Shown: one piece after another, positions 46,200-54,986 of the stretch | Numbering within the stretch: position 1 is the stretch's first letter | Layout of the letters: each line of letters begins with the position of its first letter | Origin: Minisyncoccota bacterium | GTDB lineage: Bacteria > Patescibacteriota > Minisyncoccia > Phycocordibacterales > UBA2100 | DNA: 59,845 nucleotides | Assembly: GCA_035541295.1 (NCBI GenBank) | Contig: DATKNP010000004.1 | Location: 1-59,845, forward strand | Direction: 5' to 3' | Notes under the pieces: generated by a model | What the model saw: the letters and a program-made list of their open reading frames with translations, nothing else | Told to the model about the DNA's origin: nothing | Database searches by the model: none | Position numbers and translations under genes: made by a program

Positions 46200-47315
46200 A
46201 TGGGGCGACGCATCGTCATACTATCGTACGATTTCGGAGGTGAAAATATCCATAGCCGCGAAATAATGGAGCGCAAGCTTGCGCGCGATGGACGTGCTGA
46301 TGCAACGGTCCTCTATATCAACTGGAGTCCTAAGCGTGAGCACATTACACTTTCCGATCGAATACAAGTCGAAGCACTGCGGGCACGATTCCCAAAGTCC
46401 CGACCACTATACGATCTACTCTTTATATTTTTTGCTCCGAAGATAGTCTCAGACAGTGGTTTCAAGCCCGACGAGATACTCATCTCGGATTTCAGTTTGG
46501 TATGGGCAGCGATGCGCGTGCGCGCACGAGTTGGTGGACGCGTCATCTTACAGTTGAATGGATTACCTCATCAGCTTGCCGCGACACGCGGCTTTGTGCA
46601 CTTCATCTATTATCGTTTGAACGAAAAGTTTACTGCGCGCTTTGTCGATACCTTTGTCGCCATCAACGAGACAACACAGCGGTATCTTATTGAGCTCGGT
46701 GTCCCATCCGATCATGTAGAGGTGCGTGCGCCCAATGTCATCCGAGCGGACATGTCGTTCATCCAGTCGGCAGTGCGCGGCCGTGTACGAGACGAGCTTC
46801 GTATCACGCACGATACGCCCATACTCCTCGCCGTCGGGCGGCTTGAGCCGGAGAAAACATTCGATGAATTGCTCCATCTTTTCGCGACCGCATCTATTGA
46901 TACCCGACTCATTATTGTGGGGGAAGGGAAGTTACATGACTCACTGCAAAAGCTTACAGATGAACTAGGTATCAGAGACAGAGTTTTCCTTGTGGGCCAC
47001 AAGGACCGCTCCAAGATATGGAACTATTACAGAGATGCAGATGCGTTCGCACTGATCTCAAAAAGTGAAGGCCTCGGCCTCGTCTTATGGGAAGCGATGT
47101 ATGCGGGAGTACCCGTCATTGGCCGGCCTGTTGGCGGCATCAAAGAGACGATCGGCGAAGACGGTCTGCGGGGATTCTTCTGGGATACTCCGAATGGCGC
47201 AGCAGCATTTGGCGAGAAACTTGAGCGGTGCTTCAAAAAGGAACATGAAGTGCAGGAAATGGTGGAACGTGCGAAAGTATATGTGAAGAGTCAGCTTGGA
47301 ATCGTTGATGTATGA
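46200..47315 (+). CDS. Glycosyltransferase family 4
   Basis: The start was moved to ATG 46200, 6 nt after TATAGT. ALISKSEGLGLVLWEAMYAGVPVIGRPVGG. Confidence 0.8.
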   Translation: MGRRIVILSYDFGGENIHSREIMERKLARDGRADATVLYINWSPKREHITLSDRIQVEALRARFPKSRPLYDLLFIFFAPKIVSDSGFKPDEILISDFSLVWAAMRVRARVGGRVILQLNGLPHQLAATRGFVHFIYYRLNEKFTARFVDTFVAINETTQRYLIELGVPSDHVEVRAPNVIRADMSFIQSAVRGRVRDELRITHDTPILLAVGRLEPEKTFDELLHLFATASIDTRLIIVGEGKLHDSLQKLTDELGIRDRVFLVGHKDRSKIWNYYRDADAFALISKSEGLGLVLWEAMYAGVPVIGRPVGGIKETIGEDGLRGFFWDTPNGAAAFGEKLERCFKKEHEVQEMVERAKVYVKSQLGIVDV

Positions 47316-48052
47316 CTACTATCATTACAACCAGTTGGGATGATGGCGATGCGCTCGATGAGCGCCTTTCCGATCTACTCGATCGATACGGGGTCAAAGG
47401 CACATTCTATATTGCGCGTGACTACCGCAAGCATCGCATAGCGGACGATGTGATTAAACGTATCGCGCAGCATCACGAGATTGGTGCACATACACTCACG
47501 CATCCGAATCTTATGCAAATCTCGCCTGAAAAACGCCGACAGGAAATAGAATGGAGTAAAGCGTGGCTCGAAGATATTGTCGGGAAGGAAGTTCCACTCT
47601 TTTGTTATCCGGGAGGAAAGTTCGACGATGCGGTTGTCGAGGCGGTGCGCGCGGCGGGCTTCCGTGGCGCGCGTACGACGCAAAAAGAGGCGGGAGAATT
47701 GTCTACTGACCCGTTCCGCTTTGGTGTGAGTGTGACGCTCTATCCGAAGCCATTCACTCAGTACGATCATGCGATCGCCGGATATCGGCGATTGCTCGAG
47801 CCTTTGGGCACGGGTGTTCCGAATTTTCTTCAAGCTGAGTTTTTACAGCTGCAGCATTCATGGGAGACATATGCACGTGCACTTTTCGATGAGGTGCACG
47901 CACGAAGCGATATCTTCCACCTCTATGGACACTCGTGGGCAAACACGCGCTATGGCATGTGGCCGGTACTCGAACGCTTCTTGGCATATATAAGCAAGCG
48001 AAGGGATTGCATATACCTCACCAACAGTGAAATGTTGGAACGGTTGTCATAG
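47312..48052 (+). CDS. Polysaccharide deacetylase (CE4 / NodB homology domain)
   Basis: TTSWDDGD, GVKGTFY, and EIGAHTLTHPNL motifs. ATGA overlap with the previous gene. Confidence 0.8.
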   Translation: MTTIITTSWDDGDALDERLSDLLDRYGVKGTFYIARDYRKHRIADDVIKRIAQHHEIGAHTLTHPNLMQISPEKRRQEIEWSKAWLEDIVGKEVPLFCYPGGKFDDAVVEAVRAAGFRGARTTQKEAGELSTDPFRFGVSVTLYPKPFTQYDHAIAGYRRLLEPLGTGVPNFLQAEFLQLQHSWETYARALFDEVHARSDIFHLYGHSWANTRYGMWPVLERFLAYISKRRDCIYLTNSEMLERLS

Positions 48053-48080
48053 GCACACACGGGAGGTATTGTTCTTATCC

Positions 48081-48944
48081 ATGAAGCAGACAGGTAAGCC
48101 AAAGAAAGCCAAAGAGGGAACTAAGCCCTCGGCGAAGCCCCGATCAAAGACCCAATGGGTCATGGTCTCTGGTGGATTCGACCCCATACATATCGGCCAC
48201 GTGCGCATGTTTGAGGCGGCGCGCAAACTGGGGAGTAAGCTCGTGGTCGTCATCAACAACGACAATTGGCTGCACACGAAGAAGGGTCATGTGTTCATGC
48301 ACGAGAAGGAGCGTGCGGAGATCATCTCGAACTTTCCATTTGTCGATAAGGTCGTTCTCACTTCGCACAAGAAAGATGACCCTGATCGGAGCGTGGTGCG
48401 CGAACTTGCGCGGTTGAAGCCCGTCATCTTCGCCAATGGCGGCGACCGTGATACGAAAGATGCAAAAAACAAGAATTCATCACTCAATCCCGAACAGCGC
48501 TATTGCCTCGAACACAACATCAAGATGGTTTTCAATGTTGGACGCGGCGGGAAGGTGCAGTCGTCATCATGGATGATCCGCGATGCGAGCCGCAACTTCA
48601 TGCGCTCGGTTCGCCCGTGGGGATCATTCTACGGTTGGGATGCAGGAAAGCGCTGGAAGCTCAAGACGATATACATCGATCCGAAAAAGCGCTTGAGCCT
48701 GCAGTATCATCATCATCGAGCGGAACATTGGATGCTCGTCGAAGGTGATGCGACGGCGACCATCCACGATACAGATGGCGCGGCGCGGCGGATACAGATG
48801 CAGGTAGGTGTACCACTGTTTGTCGATGTGAAGGCAATTCATCGGCTCGAGTCGAAGAAAGGTGGCGTAGTCGTCGAAATAGCACTCGGGGAATTCGATG
48901 AGAACGACATCGTACGTATCGAAGACGATCACGGCCGTGGCTAG
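48081..48944 (+). CDS. Fusion: cytidylyltransferase-like nucleotidyltransferase (HIGH motif) + type II phosphomannose-isomerase-like cupin
   Basis: The start was moved to ATG 48081. SGGFDPIHIGHVRMF in the N-terminal half. RPWGSF...KLKTIYIDPKKRLSLQYHHHRAEHWMLVEG in the C-terminal half. Confidence 0.7.
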   Translation: MKQTGKPKKAKEGTKPSAKPRSKTQWVMVSGGFDPIHIGHVRMFEAARKLGSKLVVVINNDNWLHTKKGHVFMHEKERAEIISNFPFVDKVVLTSHKKDDPDRSVVRELARLKPVIFANGGDRDTKDAKNKNSSLNPEQRYCLEHNIKMVFNVGRGGKVQSSSWMIRDASRNFMRSVRPWGSFYGWDAGKRWKLKTIYIDPKKRLSLQYHHHRAEHWMLVEGDATATIHDTDGAARRIQMQVGVPLFVDVKAIHRLESKKGGVVVEIALGEFDENDIVRIEDDHGRG

Positions 48945-48972
48945 TCGAGACTCTAGCGTCCCGTGAGTGACG

Positions 48973-48981
48973 TGGTACAAT
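48973..48981 (+). promoter_or_regulatory. Extended -10 (TGgTACAAT) 7 nt upstream of ATG 48989, a leaderless-type arrangement
   Basis: cgTGgTACAATcccacccATG. Confidence 0.35.
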
Positions 48982-48988
48982 CCCACCC

Positions 48989-51343
48989 ATGTCACTTCAA
49001 AAAATATTGCGATGGGTCGTTATCATTGGCATATTCGCCCTCCCCTTCGTACCACTCATTGTCTCTACGTCGCTCTTCTTCCCCTATATCACCGGCAAGA
49101 ATTTCACCTTTCGCATCATTGTTGAGCTCATCGCCGGCGCGTGGCTCGCGCTTGCGCTTATGGACCCACACTATCGTCCGAAGCGTGGCTGGATCCTCGG
49201 AGCATTCGCACTTTTTATACTGGTCATCGCTCTCGCCGACGCGCAGGGAGTGAACCCCTTTAAGAGCTTTTGGAGCAACTATGAACGCATGGATGGTTGG
49301 GTGACGATCGCACATCTCTTCGTCTATTTCGTCATCGCATCGGCCGTGATGAATACCGAAAATCTCTGGCGCGCACTCTTCCTGCTCTCGGTATGGATCT
49401 CCTCGTTCTTGAGCGGGCTTGGACTACTTCAGATATTGGGTTTGGTGAACTTCGGCTCTGGCGGCACGGGGCTCTCCGCCCGTATCGATGTGACATTCGG
49501 CAATCCGATATACCTCGCGGTCTACATGCTCTTCAATATTTTTATCGCAGCACTTTTGTGGTCACAGGAAGGGCGTCAAGGCTGGAGTGTGAAGGAGCGA
49601 TATGCACTGCCCGCAGTACTACTCCTTACCGTTGCAACCATTCTGATTCCACAGCAGGGTCAAGCCCTCCCCGTTCTTGGTGGTCTTACACTTGCGTACA
49701 TCATATTCGTCCTCCTTATCGAGGGGCTCATGCTCCTGCCCCAGCGGTATCTGTTCTCGGTTATCATCCTTATCGATACGTTCGCACTCTTCTTCACAGG
49801 CACCCGCGGCACTATGATCGGTCTCGCACTCGGCGCCGTCGTTACCTCTGTGCTCCTCATCATTATGATGAAGAACAAAAATATAACGCGCCTCGCCGGT
49901 GGCATTCTTGCACTCATTCTTGTTTTTGGTGGTGTGGTATGGATCGCGCGCGACAGTGCGTTTGTACAAAAAGTCGGCTTCCTCGATCGCCTCGCTACCA
50001 TTTCAAGTGACGACACGACCATCCAATCGCGCATCATCAACATGGAGACAGCCTGGAATGGTGTCAAAGAACGCCCGATACTCGGTTGGGGACAGGAGGA
50101 TTACGCGATCGTCTTCGACAAATACTACGATCCGCGTATGTATGCCGATGAACAATGGTTCGATCGAGTGCACAACATAATCTTCGATTGGCTCATCGCT
50201 GGTGGTGTGGTCGGGCTCGCGAGCTACCTTTCTATTTTCGCTGCGACGCTCTGGGTGCTCTGGCGTAAGAATAAATCAGGTGGCCACACATTCACGGTTG
50301 CCGAACGAAGCATTATCACCGGACTTTTGGCCGGATACTTCTTCCACAACCTAACCGTTTTCGACAATGTGACGAGCTACATACTCTTTGGTACTGTTCT
50401 TGCTTATATCGCGTGGCGTACAGATTCTAAAGACAATGCACCACCAATCATACGCGGTGATCTCGTGCCGAACGCCGCCTCTCCCTTCATTGTAACGATC
50501 ACTATTGGACTCGGACTGGTTGCTGTTTGGGCAATAAACTGGAACGCGCTCCAAGAAAACGTCACACTACTTAACGCACTCACATCACCCAATCTCGCAA
50601 CATTCGAGAAAGCGATATCGTATGGCACGTATGGCACACAAGAAGCTCGCGAGCAGCTCGCGCAAATTGCAGCACAGGCCGCCGCGGCACCGTCGCAAAA
50701 CGTCTCCGATGCGGTGAAGCAACAATTCTTCACCACTGCCATCAATCAGATGCAGCTGCAAGAAAAAGCATCGCCCTTAGATGCGCGATTCCCACTATTC
50801 ACTGGCACCATTGAGGATTCTTTTGGTGATTACGCCGATGCCGCACAGGCATTACAAGCGGCTCATGAGCTTTCGCCCAACAAGCAGAGTATACTCTTCC
50901 AAATAGGTTTCAATCAGCAAGCACTCAATGATCTCAGTGGTGCCGAACAAACGTTCAAACAAGCCTATGAACTCGATATACATGATCAAATGGCTCTCGG
51001 CTACTACATCGAAGCCGCGGTTCGCGCTGGCGATGATGCCACCGCACAAAACCTCCTCACACCCTCCGCGCGTACTTCAAGTAGTGTCGTGACGCAACGA
51101 CTTGCATCAGCCTTCGCATCTCGTAACGCCTACAGCAAAATTATTCCGATTTGGAGCGCATACCTCGCAGCAAATCCCACCGACGTGAACGCGTATACAA
51201 CGCTTGCGGCAGCATACTTCCAAACGGGGAATACTAGCGATGCAATTACAACCTTACAGGCACTTGGCAAGGCAGTGCCGTCCTCTGCTGCTCAAGCCGA
51301 AAGCCTCATTCAAGAGATACAGGGTGGTGCGATCAAAAAATAG
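48989..51343 (+). CDS. O-antigen ligase/polymerase-like (Wzy_C) polytopic membrane protein with C-terminal TPR repeats
   Basis: 784 aa with about 12 TM segments. FFTGTRGTMIGLALGAV is the Wzy_C signature region. The last ~250 aa are Ala/Gln-rich TPR-like repeats. Confidence 0.75.
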   Translation: MSLQKILRWVVIIGIFALPFVPLIVSTSLFFPYITGKNFTFRIIVELIAGAWLALALMDPHYRPKRGWILGAFALFILVIALADAQGVNPFKSFWSNYERMDGWVTIAHLFVYFVIASAVMNTENLWRALFLLSVWISSFLSGLGLLQILGLVNFGSGGTGLSARIDVTFGNPIYLAVYMLFNIFIAALLWSQEGRQGWSVKERYALPAVLLLTVATILIPQQGQALPVLGGLTLAYIIFVLLIEGLMLLPQRYLFSVIILIDTFALFFTGTRGTMIGLALGAVVTSVLLIIMMKNKNITRLAGGILALILVFGGVVWIARDSAFVQKVGFLDRLATISSDDTTIQSRIINMETAWNGVKERPILGWGQEDYAIVFDKYYDPRMYADEQWFDRVHNIIFDWLIAGGVVGLASYLSIFAATLWVLWRKNKSGGHTFTVAERSIITGLLAGYFFHNLTVFDNVTSYILFGTVLAYIAWRTDSKDNAPPIIRGDLVPNAASPFIVTITIGLGLVAVWAINWNALQENVTLLNALTSPNLATFEKAISYGTYGTQEAREQLAQIAAQAAAAPSQNVSDAVKQQFFTTAINQMQLQEKASPLDARFPLFTGTIEDSFGDYADAAQALQAAHELSPNKQSILFQIGFNQQALNDLSGAEQTFKQAYELDIHDQMALGYYIEAAVRAGDDATAQNLLTPSARTSSSVVTQRLASAFASRNAYSKIIPIWSAYLAANPTDVNAYTTLAAAYFQTGNTSDAITTLQALGKAVPSSAAQAESLIQEIQGGAIKK

Positions 51344-51450
51344 TACGTGGGTTTGTTATTGCACAAAATTAATCCGCGCATATACTGAGGTGGTGAGTGC
51401 CACACATCCGTGTGATTGTGTAGTACCTAAAACGTGAAAGTTGCCAAATG

Positions 51451-51471
51451 CCGCCTGCAAGGGCGGTTTTT
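51451..51471 (+). terminator. Intrinsic terminator
   Basis: ccgcc-tgcaag-ggcgg followed by ttttt. Confidence 0.55.
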
Positions 51472-51491
51472 GGTTGTGTTATGATTGCCCG

Positions 51492-51767
51492 ATGACAAAA
51501 GCAATCACTTTGGAAGAGGTAGGAGTCAGCTTGAAAGAAGTGGGGGAAATGCTTACACATGTCGTCAGCCATATAGCGACGAAAGAGGATCTTGGGGAAT
51601 TAGAAGAGAGATTAACGAATAAGATTGAGGGGGTCGATTCTCGCTTAGATACTGTAGAAAAGCGCTTGAGTGTTCAAATACAAGCGCTCGATTCACGCTT
51701 CGGTGCGCACGAAAATCATGAGCTTGATAAGCGGAATGCAGCTCGAAGTCCGTGTCGATACGCTTGA
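51492..51767 (+). CDS. Small coiled-coil protein, hypothetical (similar in pattern to 15267-15536)
   Basis: The start was moved to ATG 51492. TKEDLGELEERL...VEKRLS compares with TKDELQEGLDGL...VENRLS in the other copy. Confidence 0.4.
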   Translation: MTKAITLEEVGVSLKEVGEMLTHVVSHIATKEDLGELEERLTNKIEGVDSRLDTVEKRLSVQIQALDSRFGAHENHELDKRNAARSPCRYA

Positions 51768-51806
51768 GCAGAAGGTACTCGCGCGCAAGTAAGGGTGGAA
51801 ATCATC

Positions 51807-51840
51807 AAAAAGAGGAGCTTAAAACCTCCTCTTTTCTCTT
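51807..51840 (+). terminator. Intrinsic terminator
   Basis: aaaaagaggag-cttaaaac-ctcctctttt, then ctctt. Confidence 0.55.
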
Positions 51841-52203
51841 TATTGCGCTGTTTTTGCCTCATGCTACCTTTATTGCAGATATTCAAGATATAAAAAGACG
51901 CAGCGCGGAGGGCGGCGGCACTCACATAAGACTTTCACTTTGGAGCTCGCACCCGTCCTCCGCATTGCGCCGTTTTGATTTGAACGTACAACGACATACA
52001 CAACAAAAATATTCGAACGAACTAAAATATTTTTGTAAGAAATGATCCTCCGTGATTTATAAAATAAAAAGTTATCCACATATATGCGCATCATGTACTA
52101 CGATGCACGTCATGAGTGTAATAATGAATGAGTAAACGCATCTTCGTGCAACATTGCATGCAATGCGGGTCGAACTTAACCACTCACAAAACATTTACAT
52201 CAT

Positions 52204-52257
52204 ATGGCAGCTAAAAAGCGAAAGACAGCGAAGAAGGCAGCGAAGAAGCGCCGCTAG
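52204..52257 (+). CDS. 17-codon poly-basic mini-ORF (MAAKKRKTAKKAAKKRR), speculative
   Basis: ATG 52204 to TAG 52255-52257, followed 8 nt later by a strong terminator. No RBS. Confidence 0.25.
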   Translation: MAAKKRKTAKKAAKKRR

Positions 52258-52264
52258 TGTCTAG

Positions 52265-52296
52265 AAAAATCCCCGCGTCTGACGCGGGGATTTTTC
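52265..52296. terminator. Strong bidirectional intrinsic terminator
   Basis: aaaaatccccgcgtc-t-gacgcggggattttt. A-run and T-run flank a GC-rich stem of about 10 bp. Confidence 0.75.
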
Positions 52297-52316
52297 GTTT
52301 TATCACGCCGAGCGAG

Positions 52317-52348
52317 GAACGAAATGAAAGCAAGCTTTCATTTCGTTC
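52317..52348. other. Perfect 15-bp-arm hairpin/palindrome ~115 nt upstream of secA
   Basis: gaacgaaatgaaagc-aa-gctttcatttcgttc. Confidence 0.7.
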
Positions 52349-52463
52349 GAGCGATGGCGGGACACAGGATATGAAACTAGGGCTTGCCTTGAAGTTTTAA
52401 TACCTTTTATATACTCGTAGACGGACCGTCGCAAAAAAGAACGTTTTGGGGTAGGATGACGCG

Positions 52464-54986
52464 ATGGGATTTTGGAATCAAATCGTCGGAGATGAGAATG
52501 CTGCGGCTCTAAAGCGTGCTGAGCCGATAGTTGCAAAAGTGAACGATTTGGAGCCACGTTTTAAGGATCTTTCTGACGAGGCTCTCAAGCTCGTGACTAT
52601 CGAATTCAAAGAGCGTCTCACCGCAGGTGCAACCTTAGACGAGCTTGCACCGGAAGCTTTTGCTGCCGTACGAGAAGCCGCACGACGCACCCTTGGCCAA
52701 CGGCACTTCGACGTGCAGCTCATCGGTGGGATGATTCTCCATAACGGAGATATTGCAGAAATGCGTACCGGCGAAGGCAAGACGCTTGTCGCGACTCTGC
52801 CAAGCTACCTCAATGCGCTTACGGGCAAGGGTGTACATATAGTCACTGTCAACGATTATCTTTCTCGACGTGATGCAGCATGGATGGGTGCGGTTTATCA
52901 CGCACTCGGACTTTCGGTTGGCGTCATCAATCATGAAGCATCATATGTGTATGATCCTTCGCACGTGACTCGGGAAGATATCAAAACAGAAGATGAGGTT
53001 GGCAGCTTCAAGGTCATGCACGATTTCCTCCGTCCTGTTAGTCGTCACGATGCCTATGCCGCCGATATTACCTATGGTACAAACAACGAATTCGGCTTCG
53101 ATTATTTGCGTGATAGCCTCGAATATGAACCGGAAAAGCTGCGTCAGCGACTTCCACAAGATGGCGCATATCACTTCGCTATTGTTGACGAGATCGATTC
53201 GATACTCATCGACGAGGCACGGACGCCACTCATCATTTCGGCACCGGTGGCTGATGCAGAATCTCTCTACGCACGCTTCGCCACCATAGCAGCGCATCTC
53301 ATACCCGAAGATGATTACACGATCGACGAGAAGCATCGACAAATAGCGCTCACGGATGCCGGTATCGAGAAGGCGGAGAAGGAGTTGGGGATCGAGAATA
53401 TCTATACCGACGCGGGCATTAAATTTGTCCACCACCTAGAGACGGCAGTACGCGCGCAGGCTATTTATCGACGCGACAAAGACTATGTTGTCCACGGCGG
53501 GGAAGTAGTCATTGTGGATGAGTTGACTGGTCGTATGCAGCCGGGGAGAAGGTGGTCCGATGGTCTGCACCAAGCTATTGAGGCAAAAGAAGGCGTCACC
53601 GTCCAGCAAGAGTCGCGCACATTTGCCTCTATAACATTTCAGAATTATTTCCGCCTCTACGAGAAACTTGCCGGTATGACGGGTACTGCTATCACTTCCT
53701 CTGAAGAATTCTATAAGGTGTATGGACTCAACACGGTTGTCGTACCCACCAATCGCACATCGAAACGCATCGATGATGAAGACCTTATTTTCCAGAGTGA
53801 GAACGGCAAGATGCGTGCCATCGCGAAGACGGTCAAGGAACTCCACGAGAAGGGAACTCCGGTCTTGATCGGTACTGCGTCTGTCGAGAAGAACGAATTA
53901 CTCTCGGCATATTTCAAACAAGAAGGTATTCCGCACGAACTTCTGAATGCGAAAAATCATGAGCGCGAGGGCGAGATTATCGCGCAAGCAGGAAGGAAGG
54001 GTGCAGTGACTATTGCAACCAATATGGCGGGACGCGGTGTCGATATAAAGCTCGGTGGCAATCCAAGTTCAGAAGTTGAATATGCTACCGTTCGGGATTT
54101 GGGTGGATTATTTGTACTCGGCACGGAGCGCCATGAGGCTCGTCGCATCGATAATCAACTTCGTGGTCGTTCGGGTCGTCAGGGAGATCCCGGCAGGACA
54201 CAATTCTTCGTTTCGCTTGACGATTCGCTGATGCGCGTATTCGCATCAGACACACTCAAGCGCGTCATGGGCACGTTCAAGATTCCTGAAGATGAGCCGA
54301 TATCCAATGCAATGATCACGCGTTCACTCGAGAAGGCACAAACCAAAATAGAAGAACTCAATTTCGATGCACGCAAGCACGTGCTCTCGTACGATGATGT
54401 ATTGAATGTCCAACGTCAGAGCGTGTATGGTCGACGTCGCGCGCTTTTGACCGGTGATGCCGTTACGATCGATACAGAACTCAATTCGATCGGAGGCGAG
54501 GACAAATCATTCTACCAACTTCTTGAAGAGAAGCGGCGCGAATTTGGAGAATCATTCTATCCAAACACTCGGCGACTTCTCTTGCAGACGATTGACTTCC
54601 TTTGGGTAGATCATCTCGAAGCAATGGAGTATCTTCGTAGTAGTGTCAATTTGCGTGCATATGGTCAGCGAGATCCACTCGTCGAATACAAAAAAGAAGG
54701 ACTCAATCTATTCCATGCAATGGAAGCAGCATACAACACTCGCATACGGGAGCTCATACCTCAGGTGACAGTGAATCCGCAGACACCTGTGCCAGGGACA
54801 CAGGAAGGGGAGGCGATTCGCCGGGCGGCAATTGCAATAACAGCGTCCACAGAAGATAGTAAGAAAGAATACGGACGTAACGAACATGTCACCATTACGA
54901 ATGGATCTGAGATACAGGAGATGAAGTATAAGAAAGCGGAGCGACTGATTGCGAGCGGGCAGTGGCGTCTCGTGGAAAAGACCTAG
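52464..54986 (+). CDS. secA: Preprotein translocase ATPase SecA
   Basis: 840 aa. Walker A MRTGEGKTLVATLP, DEIDSILIDEARTPLIIS, and TNMAGRGVDIKLGG motifs. Confidence 0.95.
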   Translation: MGFWNQIVGDENAAALKRAEPIVAKVNDLEPRFKDLSDEALKLVTIEFKERLTAGATLDELAPEAFAAVREAARRTLGQRHFDVQLIGGMILHNGDIAEMRTGEGKTLVATLPSYLNALTGKGVHIVTVNDYLSRRDAAWMGAVYHALGLSVGVINHEASYVYDPSHVTREDIKTEDEVGSFKVMHDFLRPVSRHDAYAADITYGTNNEFGFDYLRDSLEYEPEKLRQRLPQDGAYHFAIVDEIDSILIDEARTPLIISAPVADAESLYARFATIAAHLIPEDDYTIDEKHRQIALTDAGIEKAEKELGIENIYTDAGIKFVHHLETAVRAQAIYRRDKDYVVHGGEVVIVDELTGRMQPGRRWSDGLHQAIEAKEGVTVQQESRTFASITFQNYFRLYEKLAGMTGTAITSSEEFYKVYGLNTVVVPTNRTSKRIDDEDLIFQSENGKMRAIAKTVKELHEKGTPVLIGTASVEKNELLSAYFKQEGIPHELLNAKNHEREGEIIAQAGRKGAVTIATNMAGRGVDIKLGGNPSSEVEYATVRDLGGLFVLGTERHEARRIDNQLRGRSGRQGDPGRTQFFVSLDDSLMRVFASDTLKRVMGTFKIPEDEPISNAMITRSLEKAQTKIEELNFDARKHVLSYDDVLNVQRQSVYGRRRALLTGDAVTIDTELNSIGGEDKSFYQLLEEKRREFGESFYPNTRRLLLQTIDFLWVDHLEAMEYLRSSVNLRAYGQRDPLVEYKKEGLNLFHAMEAAYNTRIRELIPQVTVNPQTPVPGTQEGEAIRRAAIAITASTEDSKKEYGRNEHVTITNGSEIQEMKYKKAERLIASGQWRLVEKT

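Noticed and set aside
52021-52182. Replication origin (a perfect DnaA box TTATCCACA at 52072-52080 next to an A+T-rich stretch)
   Set aside because: There is only one perfect box and one 2-mismatch box (ttaaccact, ~52174-52182). There is no cluster of boxes and no dnaA or dnaN nearby, so the evidence is insufficient for oriC.
54900-54986. SecA lacking the C-terminal zinc-binding motif, considered as a notable feature
   Set aside because: Many bacterial SecA proteins naturally lack the Zn-finger tail, so this is not unusual enough to report as a finding.
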